From positions 56,420,001 to 56,484,000 of the forward strand of contig NC_135815.1 of assembly GCF_964213995.1 (NCBI RefSeq): a stretch of 64,000 bases of DNA. The letters are read 5' to 3'. Shown here piece after piece: positions 11,951 through 25,603 of this stretch. A model generated the notes under the pieces. That model was not told the DNA's origin, did no database searches, and saw nothing but the letters and a program-made list of their open reading frames with translations. The position numbers were made by a program, and so were the translations under genes. Numbering within the stretch: the first letter of the stretch is position 1; each line of letters starts with the position of its first letter. The DNA is from Mustelus asterias (lineage: Eukaryota).

Positions 11951-13790
11951 AATGATAGTCTCAATTGCTTGGGTTATTTCTACTAGTTTGGCATTGAAAT
12001 TGTAGTATTCTGTGTATCACTTAACTGGTTGTCTCCATTTGATTGGCTTTTTGTGCTCCGTGGAATTATATGTTCTCTGTCTCTGCTTTGTTTAGACACT
12101 GGTGGTTTGTACTATTCCTTCCAAAGGGAATGTTCACTCCGTTCATTCCCACTGTGGACTTGGATTTTATTTTCTGTGAGGCCTGCCATATTCTTGCTGG
12201 GTGTTGACTTTTCAAAAATGAAACCTGTAATTGAGCTACTCACAGCTTTTCCTTTGATTGTCTCCTCTTTTCCTTCCAGCTGGTTCTTCAACCTAACAAT
12301 ATCCATGTTCCTCTTCTCTCTCAATTGGATAAGTTACAAAAATGGTAGAGAACCCTTTTTTTCTAATTTTCAAACTGGAACTGCACATTTTCTGCTTTTT
12401 GTTGCTTCTGTGCGCAAGAATTCGTCAACGTTTCCTTTTCCTCCTGTAGTCTTTCACTTTGCAGTTTGACCTCTGTATACTTCCTCATCACTTTTTCTAG
12501 GTGCTCATCCTTTTCATATATAGAATTAACATACTTGCTTTCCATTTCTTTGTATATACCTTTGGAAATATAATATTTTCCCATCTTCTAAATGTCTAAC
12601 CATTTTTTCAGCTCTGTGGTCTCTTTTTATAATTTTTGGCTTCCTTCTGGAATATTGAATATTGCTGAGTTATCTTTGTCAACTGGTTCTTCAGTTCTTT
12701 CAGAGTGACATTAAATGGGTTTTGCTGTTCTTCTTAATATTCCAGAGACCAACCTTTGACCCAAGTGATCCTTATAATGTGTGAAGGCCCTTCAACAGGC
12801 TTTTTGAAACTCAATTGCTTCATTTTTGAGTTTTCTCGTAATTCAATATAGTCTTCACGAGTTTCTTCTGCTGTTCAGCCATTCTGTTGTTCAAGACAGT
12901 CTTCAATTTTTAATGCTGCCTTTGCATTTGATCTTGAAGGACAATTAAATATTCTTTCAATTGTTTATTTTCTCGTAACTTCTTGCCAACTCACCGCGCT
13001 TCATTGTATTACTTTGTTGCTACTGATAGTTCACCTTCTTTATTAGCTTCTCATGTTTATTCAGGGTTTTGTATTATTATGTTTCAGTGCAGCAACTTCT
13101 TTAAGTATTCTTTGTACTTCCAGTTGTGCCTGGCTGTATTTCTGGTTGAGTTCTTCCAAATTAGTTTTGATATGAACATTTTCCTATGGAAGAGTTTGAT
13201 TTCCCTTTTGCAGCATTTTTTCCCTTTGCAATACTTCAGGAAGCTTACCGTCATTCAGAGCCCATTGCATTCTCCTCACTGGCACTTTTTGTTGCAGTTT
13301 GGGTAATGTGTTGGTATTTGCAAAAAGCACTATTTTTAAGCCTTTTGGCAGCTTCTTGGCCTCTTCTTTCTTCTGCACTAAACTCTTCAGTTCATGCACT
13401 TCATTGCACTGACCATTTTGTGATTTGCTTAGGAATTGTCTCCTTACATCACTATATGGATAATACTGTTCTCCAGTTCCACATTAACCCTCGCTGTGAT
13501 GAACAACCTTATACTACACCCTCCTGTGACAAAGCTTCACATTTCACTTCTTCTATCTATAGATTGTTTTCAAAACAACATTATTTTCAATGTCATCCGT
13601 TACAACCAGAACATCACTTGCTAAACAAAGCCTATCATCATTTTCAGTTCAGTTGGCATTAAATTGAGATTGTTGCAGTTTTGGGTTTTAAATAACTATT
13701 TACATTCTCTACAGTTCCACAGTAATTCTCAAATGTAGAATCACACAATGTAATCCAAAATCTGAACTTTGTTGATGCTACCCTTGATTT
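11950..13790 (-). pseudogene. Decayed coiled-coil reading frame resembling the UACA/RAI14/ANKRD24 family
   Basis: Fragments YISKGIYKEMESKYVNSIYEKDEHLEKVMRKYTEVKLQSERLQEEKETL, LEELNQKYSQAQLEVQRI and LKTVLNNRMAEQQKKLVK are colinear with the UACA coiled coil as I remember it; many stops and frameshifts. Confidence 0.55.
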
Positions 13791-14022
13791 TAAAAAAATA
13801 CTTTTTATGGGATCCGGATATGACTGGTAAGGCTGGCATTTATTGTTCATCTCCTGTGGTGGACTTTCTTCTTGAAGAACGTTCACCACAGTCCACCACT
13901 GCATCATATCTTCTGACAACCAATCAGAGAACCATGATAAGTGTCTACGCTGAGATAATGAGCAGTCTTTGACAAAAAATTGAACAGAAACATAAATTAT
14001 TCATTGTATTTCTATGTTTCAG

Positions 14023-14161
14023 AATATTCAACATTCAGAAAAAATTCGGATACATGAAAGTGATAACAATGTGTCTGTTGAAGGACTCACAGAAGTTGAT
14101 GTCGCCTCTGTAGAGGATCTCCTTCAGGTTTTTAGAAAGGGAGCTTTAAACAGAAATGCAG
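14023..14161 (+). CDS. Kinesin-like gene exon: NIQHSEKIRIHESDNNVSVEGLTEVDVASVEDLLQVFRKGALNRNA
   Basis: tttcag acceptor, gt donor; kinesin L8/alpha3 pattern IHE...V.VEGLTE..V.S.ED...G..NR; phase 0 to 1. Confidence 0.92.
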
Positions 14162-14289
14162 GTACATTAGAAAAAGTGTGAATAATATTCTTTAAAGGAA
14201 AAGAAAAATACATGAATGTCTAAAATTACATAAAAAGGGACTACAGATATTGAGTCTAATTTAATATTTCATATGTAATAATGTGAAAA

Positions 14290-14512
14290 GAGTATTTGAG
14301 GACCAGGATCTCAACCCCCTTGGCTAAGGTCATGGTTTACACGGCAGCAGTGATTCCTGTGCTTCTATATGCTTTATAGATTTGGACAACATACAGCAGG
14401 CACCTCAAAACACTGGGGAAGTCCCACCAGCAGTGCCTTTGCACAATCTTTCAAACCTGAGACAAAGTGTGCAGTCCAACAGCAACTTCCTGTGTCAAGC
14501 AAATATTGAGGT
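14290..14512 (+). mobile_element. RTE-clade LINE fragment
   Basis: Translates to KVMVYTAAVIPVLLYA...WTTYSRHLKTL..HQQCL. Confidence 0.7.
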
Positions 14513-14520
14513 CCTAATTC

Positions 14521-14990
14521 TGTTATTATCATTGGGGTCTTAGCTTAGGTTGTCCTTGGTTTGGATTGACAGAGACTGCTGAAGGCAGATAAACTTCAAC
14601 TTTTATTAAACATTCTTCTATGTACAGGATAAGCTTGCCAGAAGGCTTTACATACAACTATCTCTTTGCATGCTCTGTTCTCGTCTGATCTTACATCACT
14701 GATGACATAGACTGTCTATTTACATCAACTGTTTACACTACAGAAAGAATTTTACCATCCCGCCCGTTACGGAAATTGTAGCAGGTGGAGTACAGACCAC
14801 GCAAAGGTACGTTGACCTCGGGTGGGATTTCCCAGTACTGGGGCGAGCGCTGCTGGAAAATCCCGCCCTATATCTCCCCCGAAGTCTCTGACTTTCCTAG
14901 ATACATCGGGTGGGACCTTGAGCCCACTCCATCTGTCTATGAAATTTCCAGCGTGGGCTCAAGATGTGGTGAAATCCAGAAATTGTGAAT
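14521..14990 (-). mobile_element. Gypsy-type LTR (14521-14741) with PPT/pol tail, interrupted by a short insert
   Basis: TG...CA block with AATAAA on the minus strand; purine tract at about 14872-14880 on the minus strand. Confidence 0.5.
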
Positions 14991-15399
14991 CTTGCTGGTG
15001 AGATCACTTCCAATTTTCGCCCCACCTTGCTGGCAACATAATCAGTTTCTCACCCACAATGGGCATGAACCTGATTTACATACATTTTAATGGATTTTAA
15101 TATGATTAAGATGCCCCCGCGCCAGATATTGATCTCTTGCCATATAATCATACCTCGCCGACGTGGGGTCATGTTTACAATAGGTCCAACCAAATGTGAA
15201 CCTCTCATGGCATAAAGGTGAGTATAGCCCCCAGGGGAGAGGGACATGGCCAGCCTGTGCCCTGGCAATGCCCCCTACCACTGACCCAGGCACAAGTTGG
15301 CACTGCCAGGTTGCTGCCAGGCATGTAGCAAGATCCAACTACGTCCGGCTGCCTCCAGGCAAACCCCCCCACCTCCACCCTCACCCTCCCACGAACACC

Positions 15400-15890
15400 A
15401 AGGTGAAGACAATGTAAGACCAGCGATCTGGGCCTATAACCTACCCCAGATCTCAAAGACTGGATACAGTATGCCTCTTCAAACTTGATATGCCCAGCCT
15501 TAAAATCGAGAGTACGAAAGCATGGCAGCCAGTTCTCAAATTCGGCTGAGAAGTTAGCCTCAGCGCCTCTCAGAAGATCGGGTGCACCCCACCTCTCCGA
15601 ATTGGCTAGGATGTCTGACATACCATGCAACAGGATTTCCAAGGACTGAAGGTGAGCCTCCACTGAGGAAACTGCCCACTCGACTGACAGGATTCTTTCC
15701 TCTGCTTCATCCATTATCTTTCAGATATTTTGAGGTTCATCAAAATGAGCATCAATGATTTGCGCCAAGGAGCCTAGACCGTTATCCACAACTTTACCCA
15801 CAATGGCAGCCATCTTCTTGATGCCTGCAACATCACCTGAGTGTGAGCTCACTCACCAGCTAAATCATCACGATGAACGAAGTCCCGTCT
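15400..15890 (-). mobile_element. L1-clade ORF1 fragment
   Basis: MDEAEERILSVE...FENWLP...IKFEEAY...RPRSLV fits the L1 ORF1p coiled-coil/RRM pattern. Confidence 0.7.
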
Positions 15891-15899
15891 TGACTTTAC

Positions 15900-16800
15900 T
15901 TAACAAGGATCTTCCAGGAACATAGCATAGATTATACACTCCAGGACCTCTCTTCAAAGTTTTGAAGAGATGTCACTACTCCATGCCAAACATTGAAGGA
16001 ATTTTGCCACAACTTGTTGAAGAAAGTCTTTACTACTGGATGCTGGCAAGTGAAGTTCATTGAAAGTAGCAGTTTGTTGACTATGATCTGGGCGCTCTTT
16101 GAAAGGTACAGACGTTTTGCCAATTGGCATTTCTACTGCTCCAGAATAGTATCAACACAAACAGCATGCGATAGCCAAAGATCTACCAGGAGTGGAAGTA
16201 ATTGTGGATGATCTCCTTGTCTATGGATGTGGAAATATGATGAAAGAAGCCATCACAAACATGATCAGAATCTAGTGAGACTGCTGGAGAAAGCTGGCCA
16301 GATGGGCCAGAAGCTGAATGCTCTCAACAGAAGTCCAAAGATGTGCGGGTTAGGTGGATTGGCCATGCTAAATTGCACCTTAGTGTCAGGGGGACTAGCT
16401 AGGGTAAATGCATGGGTTTATGGGGATAGGGCCTAGGTGGGATTGTGGTTGGTGCATACCTGAGGGGCTGAATGGCCTCCTTCTGCACTGTAGGATTCTA
16501 TGATTCTATGCAACCTACTTGGCAACTTGGAATCTGTGTGGAGAAGCTGTCACCTTGGTCCTTCACAGCAGACAGATGATGAGGAAGATTTGCTTTCACA
16601 AATCACATTGTGAACTGAACAACCAGCCAACCCTGTGGTCAACGATTCCCCAATGAAGACAACGGATCAGTGGTAACATTCACCATAGCAATGACATTCT
16701 TGGAGAGGCAACATTACCCCAGGAACGAATGGAGACTAGACAAGCAGTCAAAAAAGCCCACATGCATATCATTAGAAAAACTGAGCACTTTAAAGATTAT
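15900..16800 (+). mobile_element. Decayed Gypsy pol fragments (RT and tail) split by a SINE (16332-16510)
   Basis: DLPGVEVIVDDLLVYG and HDQNLVRLLE; tail IIRKTEHFKDY. Confidence 0.75.
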
Positions 16801-17715
16801 GGGTGTAAATTTCTATATTGTGCTGAGGTGAGAAAACTGGCATGCAGCTCACAGGCTGCACAGCTAGGGTTTCTCTCCAGATCATCCAGCACTCTATGCA
16901 GAGAAATCTGGAGGTGTGGCCCACACTGCCAAGCTGACAGAGCAGGGCCAGAAAAAGCCAACAGCCAGGACTCCCGAGATTGGGGTGCTGTTTTTAAAGG
17001 GCATTCTAATCTCCAATATAAAACAAAGGAACTCAGCTCCCACGGACATGGGACCCCCTCCCCCTCCCCCCATCCTAGATGCATAAGGAAGACCCCCTCA
17101 CATGCACAAGAATCCACATATACAAGGGAAACCCCTCCCACCTCTTCGTGGGGCACTGCCAGGGTACTGCTCAGGCATGTCTCTCTCGCCTCCTGGGGCT
17201 ATATTTACCTCTGCATCTCCAGCAGGTTCCCTTTATTTTTGAAAAGCCGTTGTAGACCTTGCTGATACGACATCATGTTGGCAAGGTGGGAATTCCTGAT
17301 CTGGGGGGAATGATATGGTAGGGAAAGCCACTAATTACATGAAAATTTATTGAAATATCATTCCTGACCTTCCTGGGAGAGAACCTCATTATGTCACCAG
17401 CAGGAGGTAGGGAGAATTGGAATACGAGATCTTGCCGACAAGATTCTCATTTTCCGAGTCTCACAAGATTTTGTACCTGCATTAGCCACGAGTGCATACA
17501 GCGATATGGGTGCAAAATTGCAGCGTAAGTGTGCAAGCATGTGTAGGGACAGCCCAAAGTGGGACAGACTATAATAAACAAACATTTATTATATATTTTT
17601 GCACATGTGTGGTGATTTTCATTGTAGATCATGAATATGCATGATCTGCAACTGCAAATTATAGTATATTAAGGTTGTGTTTCCTTTTTATGAAAGAGGG
17701 AATGATTGGAGTGCC

Positions 17716-17935
17716 TTTGATTTGATTTATTATTGTCACATGTATTAGTATACAGTGAAAAGTATTGTTTCTTGCATGCATTACAGACAAAGCATACCGT
17801 TCATCAAGACGGAAAGGAGAGAGTGCAGAATGTAGAGTTACAGTCATAGCGAGAGTGTAGAGAAAGATCAACTTAATGCGAGGTATGTCCATTCAAAAGT
17901 CTGATGGCAGCAGGACAGAAGCTGTTCTTGGATCG
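17716..17935 (-). mobile_element. Rex1/Babar-like LINE 3' end
   Basis: Same sequence as 28092-28310; (aatca)n tail on the minus strand. Confidence 0.7.
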
Positions 17936-18561
17936 GCGCACTGTGGCTGTCCATAGACTTCCCATAGTTACATTACCTCTGTCATCATTTGTATAAAGGC
18001 TTGGCAGCATCCACAACTTGGAGCAGATACATTAGTAGATGGTTGTTGCTGAGTCTGTGGCCAATGATGAGGATGAAACCATCAAAAAAGTCTATAAACT
18101 TGCACTTAATCATCCTTCTCACATTCTTTTCCCCCCTCATCTCACACATATTCTCATTCACTTGTTGCAGATGAATGCTGCAGTGAAAGCTTAGACTGCT
18201 GTTATACAAGGTCAGCTTGCTGGCATGCAGTTTCATAGCTGCAGTACCATAGCTGCAGTTACCAATGTACTAAGGGGTTTCCCGAGTGTCACAGTAGTGC
18301 AGCAATCTGTACTCCAACACATTCGGATCACTGAAGCACTGCTTCAAGGGAATGACTGTGGCTTCATTCTGAAGTTCACATTATGGGGGTGATCTTACCA
18401 AGAGAATTCTCAGTCCCAAACGAGTGTGAAAATGGGAAAAAATTGCACTGGTTTTTGGGTGACTTAAAAGTCGAATCTTACCACACTCTGTGAAAAACGT
18501 CTTGACAGACTTGAAATTCACCAGAAGGAGGAGTGGGCAAGGCCTAAATCGTCCACTGTCA

Positions 18562-18905
18562 GGGCGGCACGGTAGCACAGTGGTTAGCACTGCTGCTTCA
18601 CAGCTCCAGGGACCTGGGTTCGATTCCCGGCTTGGGTCACTGTCTGTGTGGAGTTTGCACATTCTCCTCGTGTCTGCATGGGTTTCCTCCCACAGTCCAA
18701 AGATGTGCGGGTTAGGTTGATTGGCCATGCTAAAAATTGCCCTTAGTGTCCTGGGATGCGTAGGTTAGAGGGATTAGTGGGTAAATATGTAGGGATATGG
18801 GGGTAGGGCCTGGGTGGGATTGTGGTCGGTGCAGACTCGATGGGCCGAATGGCCTCTTTCTGTACTGTAGGGTTTCTATGATTTCTATGATTCTATGATT
18901 TCTAT
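18562..18905 (+). mobile_element. HE1-like V-SINE
   Basis: A/B boxes; tail of ctatgatt repeats. Confidence 0.88.
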
Positions 18906-18906
18906 A

Positions 18907-21395
18907 AACGCCAACATTGCATTTGCCTTCCTAATTGCCGACTAAACCTGCACGTTAACCTTAAGAGAATCTTGTACAATGACTCCCAAGTCCCTTTGTG
19001 TTTCTGATTTCCTGAGCATTTTCCCATTTAGAAAATAGTCAGTGCCTCCATTCCTCCTTCCAAAGTGCATAACCTCACACTTTTCCACATTGTATTCCAT
19101 CTGCCATTTCTTTGCCCACTCTCCTAACCTGTCCAAGTCCTTCTGCAGCCCCCCGCTGCTTCCTCAATACTACCTGTCCCTCTACATATCTTTGTATCAT
19201 CTGCAACTTTAGTAACAGTGCCATCAGTTTCTTCCTCCAAATCGTTAATGTATATTGTGAAAAGTTATGGTCCCAGCACTGACCCCTGAGGTACACCACT
19301 AGTCACCACTAGCCATCTTGAAAAAAAACCCTTTCTCTCCACTCTCTGCCTTCTGCCAGTCAGCCAATCCTCTATCCATACCAGGATTTTACCCTAAACA
19401 CCATGGGCACTTAACTTATTTAACAGTCTCCTATGCGACACCTTGTCAAAGGCCTTCTGGAAATCTAAATAAATCACATCCACTGGTTCTCCTTTATCTA
19501 ACTTCCTTGTTACCTCCTCAAAGAACTCTAACAGATTTGTTAGACATGACCTCCCCTTGACAAAGCCGTGCTGACTCAGTCCTACTTTATCAAGTACTCT
19601 GTGATCTCATCTTTAATAATGGATTCTAGAATCTTGCCAATGACCGAAGTCAGGCTAACCAGCCTATAATTTCCCATCTGCTGCCTCCCTCCCTTCTTAA
19701 ACAGTGGCGTTACAATAGCTACTTTCTAGTCCTCTGGTACTCTCCCTGCCTCCAGTGATTCCTGAAAGATCACCGCCAATGCCTCCACAACATTCTCAGC
19801 TATCTCTTTTAGAACCCTGAGGTGTAGTCCATCTGATCCAGGTGATTTATCCACCTTCAGACCTTTCAGTTTTCCCAGAACCTTCTCCTTAGTTATGGCC
19901 ATTACACTGTGCCCCCGACTCTCCTGAAGCTCTGGCATCCCACTGGTGTCTTCCACCGTGAAGATGGATGCAAAGTAACTATTCAGTTCCTCTGCCATTT
20001 CTTTGTTTCCTATTATTACTTCTCCAGCCTCATTTTCCAGTGGTCCAATGCTCTCTCTTACCTTTTATATATTGAAAAAAATTCTTCCTATCTTCTTTTA
20101 TATTACCAGCTAGCTTACACTCATATTTCATTTTCTCCCCCCTTATTGCTTTTTTAGTTGTCCTCTGCTCACTTTTAAAGGCTTCCCAATCCTCTGGCTT
20201 CCCACTAATCCTTGCCACTTCGTATGCTTTTTTTTTGCTTTTATGCTGTCCTTGACTTCCCTCATCAGCCGAGGATGCCTCGTCCTCCCCTTAGCATGTT
20301 GCCTCCTCCTTGGGATGAATTTCTGTTGTGCCTCCCGAATAACTCTCAAAAACCCCTGCCATTGCTGTTCCACTGTCTTCCCTGCTAGGCTCCCTTTCCA
20401 ATCAACTCTGGCCAGCTCCTCCCTCATGTCTTTGTAGTTACCTTTATTTAATTGTAATACCATTACATCTGATTCCAGCTTCTCCTTCTCAAACTGCAGG
20501 GTAAATTCTATCATATTGTGGTCACTGCTCACTCAGGGTTCCTTCACCTTAAGTTCCCAAATCAAGTCTGCCTCATTACATATCACCAAATCCAGAATTG
20601 CCTGTCCCCTTGTAGGCTCTGTCACAAGCTGCTCCAAAAAACCATCTCTCAGACATTTCACAAATTCCTTTTCTTGGGATCCACTACCTACCTGATTTTC
20701 CCAGTCCACCTGCATATTGAAGTCCCCCATGATTATTGTAATATTGCCTTTTTTATATGCCTTTTCTATCTCCTGATTTGTTTTCTGCCCCACATCCTGA
20801 CTACTGCTAGGGAGCCTGTACATAACTCCCATCAGCATCTTTTTACCTTTGCGATTCCTCAACTCTACCCACACAGATTCTAAGCCTTCTAATCCTGTAT
20901 CTTGTCATCGACTTCTTGCTATCGATTTAACTTCATTCCTTACTAACAATGCAGCCCCTCCGCCTTTGCCCATCTGCCTGTCCTTCCGATAGGACACATC
21001 CTTGGATATTTATATCCCAGCCCTGATCCCCTTGCAGACACGTCTCTGTGGTGCCCACAACATCGTACCGGCCAATTTCAATGTGCGCAACAAGCTCATT
21101 TACCTTATTCCGTATGCTGCACGCATTTAGGTACAACACCCTCAGTCTTGCATTGACCACCTCCCTTCTCATACTTATCACTTTTTTTGCTCTGCCTGAG
21201 GTTAGATTCCTGCCACTTTCTATACTCTCTGCTCTATTATGTGGTCTGGAACCTTTACTAACCTCTCCTGAGCCCTCAACTCCATTAACCTGCACTTCTA
21301 CCCTCTCCTTTAACTTTGATTTTCTAATTCTCCATACAACTGAACAACACCCCCCCTCCCCCCCACCCCCCACCCAACTATTCAGTTTAAAGCTC
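18907..21395 (-). mobile_element. Decayed CR1 LINE: endonuclease through RT, 3' end missing
   Basis: RVLYLNACSIRNK...YDVVGTTET, IMGDFN, SDHNMIEF, KSPGSDGLH, WQMEYNVEKC in ORFs 20933, 20533, 20143, 19726, 18942. Confidence 0.93.
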
Positions 21396-21639
21396 CATTT
21401 AAATATATTTAAGTAGTATATTCAGCCTCATGCCCTTTTCAGGCGCGAGACTGATTTTGCTGGATATCCAGTGCTGGTAAGATCACAGGAGACGAGAAAT
21501 CAGACGCAAACCTGATTCCTTGGCTCTCTCGCTATCTTATCGGCTTATCCTGCCCATCGGCTGGCAGGGCAAGAAGGTAAGATAGCGACCAATGTGTCTT
21601 CTAATACTGCGAGTCTGCCAATGCCCTTGAAGTTGTCTA

Positions 21640-22082
21640 TTGGGGCTACCAGGCTGATTCCGGGGATGGCGGGACTGATGTTTGAGGAGAGATTGTTTTC
21701 GCTGGAGTTCAGACAAATGAGGGGGGATCTTCTAACAGGACCAGACAGGGTGGATGCAGGGAGGATATTCCCAATGGTGGGAGAGTCCAGAACCAGGATC
21801 ATAGTCTGAGGATTCAGGGTAGACCATTTAGGACGGAGGAGACATTTCTTCACCCAAAACGTAGTGAGCCTGTGGAATTAATTACCACAGAAAATAGTTG
21901 ATGCCAAAACATTGAATGTACTCAAGAGGCGGCTGGATATAGCACTTGGGGCGAATGGGATCAAAGGTTATGGGAAAAAAACAGGATTAGGCTATTGAGT
22001 TGGATAATCAGCCAATGAATGGCGGAGCAGGCTCGAAGAGCCAAATGGCCTCTTCCTGCTCCTATCTTCTATGTTTCTATGT
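21640..22082 (+). mobile_element. CR1 LINE 3' end
   Basis: TRLIPGMAGLMFEERLFSLEFRQMRGDL; tail (ttctatgt)n. Confidence 0.85.
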
Positions 22083-22479
22083 TAACCAGCCAGCTCAGTC
22101 TGCTGTTGTTCATGCCGAGATGGTACAGTTCACAACTCGGCCTTCTGGGCATAGAGCTACTCAAAATCATTCTCCAAACTCAACTCCAATCTCCGCTACT
22201 TAAAAATCAGCAGGTTTTCCATCAACCACTGGGATGGCAAAACGTAGGAGAACTAGGACAGGCAAGGCACATGGAAGGTAAGCATAAAAGATTAGTTGTC
22301 TTTGCATCCATTATGATATGGTTTTGTTAATAAATTTGATTTGAAATGTTTATTTTGTGATTACTTTTATTTTTGTATTGTGTCCATTGTCAGATGTTGA
22401 AGTAGTCAATCACTGGGAATGGTGGTGAATGGGGAAAGGACATGACAGTTACTGGTATCTAACTTAGTTGAGTTCACAA

Positions 22480-22760
22480 TCAGTTATACCAGGAATGGGC
22501 TGTCAAAATTATTTCCTCCCTTCCTCCTCCTCCTTGTCCAGTGCTCGTGCCCCTCAGTTGCTTGCTGTATAGCTGGTGCCTGTGTTGTCCACCCATGATG
22601 GCGAGATTGTGCAACATGCAGCAGACCAGTACAAAGTTTGGCATCCATTCTGTTAACTGCAGGGCTCCTCCAGGAAGGTTCAGCAACGGAAGCATTGCTT
22701 CGGCTTACCAATGAATTGCAGTATATTAGACTGTGTGTGAGGCACCCCCTCACATCTTGA
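22480..22760 (-). mobile_element. Harbinger transposase C-terminal relic
   Basis: GGALQL...VLVCCMLHNLAI. Confidence 0.65.
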
Positions 22761-23199
22761 CGTGTTAATCATTAAATTATAGCGATATAAACATGAATTT
22801 TGTTATGTGGTGAACGGGTTTCACAGGTTTCCTGAGACCTGCCAGTGAACAGAGGCAAGAACACAATGGAATTTGAGGGAGCTGAAGACAACGAAATAAG
22901 TACTGTAACGTCACAGCTTTCTTACCTGCTCATGTGAAAGGCTTTGTGCTATGAGGTAATTAATTAGAATCATACAGTGCAGAAGAGGCCATTAGGCCCA
23001 TCGAGTCTGCAGACACGTGTGAAACACCCGACTTCCCACTAATCCCATTTACTAGCGCTTGGTCCATGGTCTTGAATGTTATGTCATGCCAATTAATATT
23101 GAAAGAAAAAGCACTGCGGCTAAAATCCTAACAAATCCCCTGGGGATGACAGCCTACATCCTCACGATCCAAGATGTGGCTTCAGAGATAGTAGACATA

Positions 23200-23360
23200 G
23201 AACTATAGAATCACTACAGTGCAGAAGGAAGCCATTCAGCCCATCGGGCCTACACAGACAACAATCCCACCCAGGCCCTATCCCCGTAACCCCACATATT
23301 TACTCTGCTAATCACCCTGACACTAAGGGGCACTTTAGCATAGCCAATCAACCTAACCTT
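23200..23360 (-). mobile_element. HE1-like SINE 3' half
   Basis: Reverse complement of the 3' half of the SINE at 1265. Confidence 0.8.
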
Positions 23361-23569
23361 CCTGGAGGGCTATGTTGGATATATCTGCAGGATTTCAGTC
23401 TGAGGCCCATAATGCATAAGGTAAGTGACTGGTGGCTCGTTTGACTGGCAATTATGTCAACTTTGTCACTGATGATACTGATCAAAGTTGAGTTGGGTTT
23501 GGGCGCTCTAGTAGGCTTCCTTCAGGTGCAGGGCATAATCAACTGCACGCATGTGGTAATTAATGTATG

Positions 23570-23960
23570 CCTGAATCACTAAAGGGTCACTAAGTAATAT
23601 CTACTTAAACTGTGCCTGAGCCACCTGTGAGAAACGCAACCAATAAAACTCAAAAGCCATACAATGATGACCATATAACAACCAGGGGTATATTGAACAA
23701 ATTATCAGGATGCTGATCCATTTCAGATGCCTGGATAGGTCTGGTTGACTCCTTCAGTATGCACCAGCCAGAGTCTCCAGAATGGTTGTTGTGTGCTGCG
23801 TTCTATGTAACATTACACAGTAGCAAGGTTTGGACCTGTGGGAGGAATAAGATGCAGAAGTAAGAACCTCTTCAGAAAATGCCGAGGAGGAGGCAGTAAA
23901 TGATGTGGTCAATGCATGAGCAGCACTTAACACTGTTGTCTGGAATGTCTTCATTATTGC
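23570..23960 (+). mobile_element. Harbinger transposase C-terminal relic
   Basis: PVRN...YNDDHITTR..IEQII.ML..FRCLDRSG..LQYAPARVSRMVVVCCVL. Confidence 0.7.
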
Positions 23961-24081
23961 TTAGGTTCCACCAGTTTGCTCACATGTAAAAAGCACTTTT
24001 TTCACACACCCCCACCCCCGCCCCCCCACCCCCAATCCTCCCCCCCCAATCCCCTAACACAAAATAGTCCAGCATTCAAAA

Positions 24082-24377
24082 GTTAAAGTTTATTTATTAG
24101 TCACAAGTAGGCTTACATTAACACTGCAATGAAGTTACTGTGAAAATCCCCTAATCGCCACAATCCGGTGCCTGTTCAGGTACACGGAGGGAGAATTTAG
24201 CATAGCCAATCCACCTAACCAGCACATCTTTGGACTGTGGGAGGAAACCAGAGCACCCAGAGGAAGCCCACGCAAATACAGGGAGAACGTGTAGACTCCA
24301 CACAGACAGTGACCCAAGCTGGGAATCGAACCTGGGTCCCTGGCTCTGTGAGGCAGCAGTACTAACCATGCTGCCCA
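24082..24377 (-). mobile_element. V-SINE with HE1-like head and a different 3' tail
   Basis: A/B boxes on the minus strand; tail gactaataaataaacttt. Confidence 0.8.
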
Positions 24378-24915
24378 AACAATTCATCCACTGTTCAGAG
24401 TCAATTCATGTCTTGCCATTCATTACAAGTGAAAGACCACTTTTCAGACAGTAACCCAAAATGGGCAAGGTAGGAAAGTGGCTGAAAGAAATATTGGACT
24501 AGAAGTTCATCTCAGACAGTGGCTCAAAATGGGTGCTATCAGCTCAGCTGCTCTTCAGAAGCAGCTCCTGCTATTCATTTTCACTGACTGCAATGAAACT
24601 GAATATCTGTTATGGGAGACCAATTCTGTATTCTGTAATTTTGCATCACCACTCAAGATGAATTTGTACCCTAATATTTCTATGGTTCAAAAAAAACTTA
24701 ACAATCTAACATTGTATAACACACCCATATGCATATCCTAATGAAATATAAAATTGTACTCTCCCTCTTCCTAGCACTTCTAATATGGTGTAGCTTCAGC
24801 AGAGTTAGAGAGGCAGGCTGATCATATCCCTGTTTTACTGCTAAGTTCTCGATAAACTGTGTGCATGCGCAGCCACGCACCGGTCTAAAAAGCGCTGTGG
24901 ACTTGATTATTAACA

Positions 24916-25150
24916 TGCGTGGGTTTCCTCCGGGTGCTCCGGTTTCCTCCCACAGTCCAAAGATGTGCGGGTTAGGTTGATTGGCCATGCTAAAATTGCC
25001 CCTTAGTGTCCTGAGATGCATAGGTTAGAGGGATTAGTAGGTAAAATATGTAGAGATATGGGGGTAGGGCCTGGGTGGGATTGTGGTCGGTGCAGACTCG
25101 ATGGGCCGAATGGCCTCTTTCTGCACTGTAGGGTTTCTATGATTTCTATG
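24916..25150 (+). mobile_element. 5'-truncated HE1-like SINE
   Basis: Near-identical to 1375-1598. Confidence 0.85.
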
Positions 25151-25603
25151 AACAACATGCACATGACACATGGAGGGAGAGTATTTGCTACTCCCATCAA
25201 CTGAAGCTTTGTGAAGCTGTGATGCCACACATGGCCAGATTTCCACTGGTGTCTGATCTTCTCAATGCAGCTGGCCAAGCCATATAGCAATGGCTGACTG
25301 GCTGACTGGCTGGTAGCTTACCCAATGGCAGCACATAGAGAGGGAGAGAGCTCTGAAAGTGAGAGATGGTGTAGAAAAGGGGCTTGTTTGACTTCCTGTG
25401 ATGTTATTTGATGTAATTGGACTGATGTTATTCCATCAGAGATGTGAGGACTCATCTGTGCTTGAGAGAGATGATGAGTGGGAGAGTTAGGGAAGTGGTG
25501 ATTCAGGAGAGATGACAAGCGTGAGGAAAGAAAGTGGCAAATTGGGAGGGATGGCAAGTTTGGAGAAGCGGTGAGCCAGACAGAGAAGTCATAGGATGGA
25601 GCA

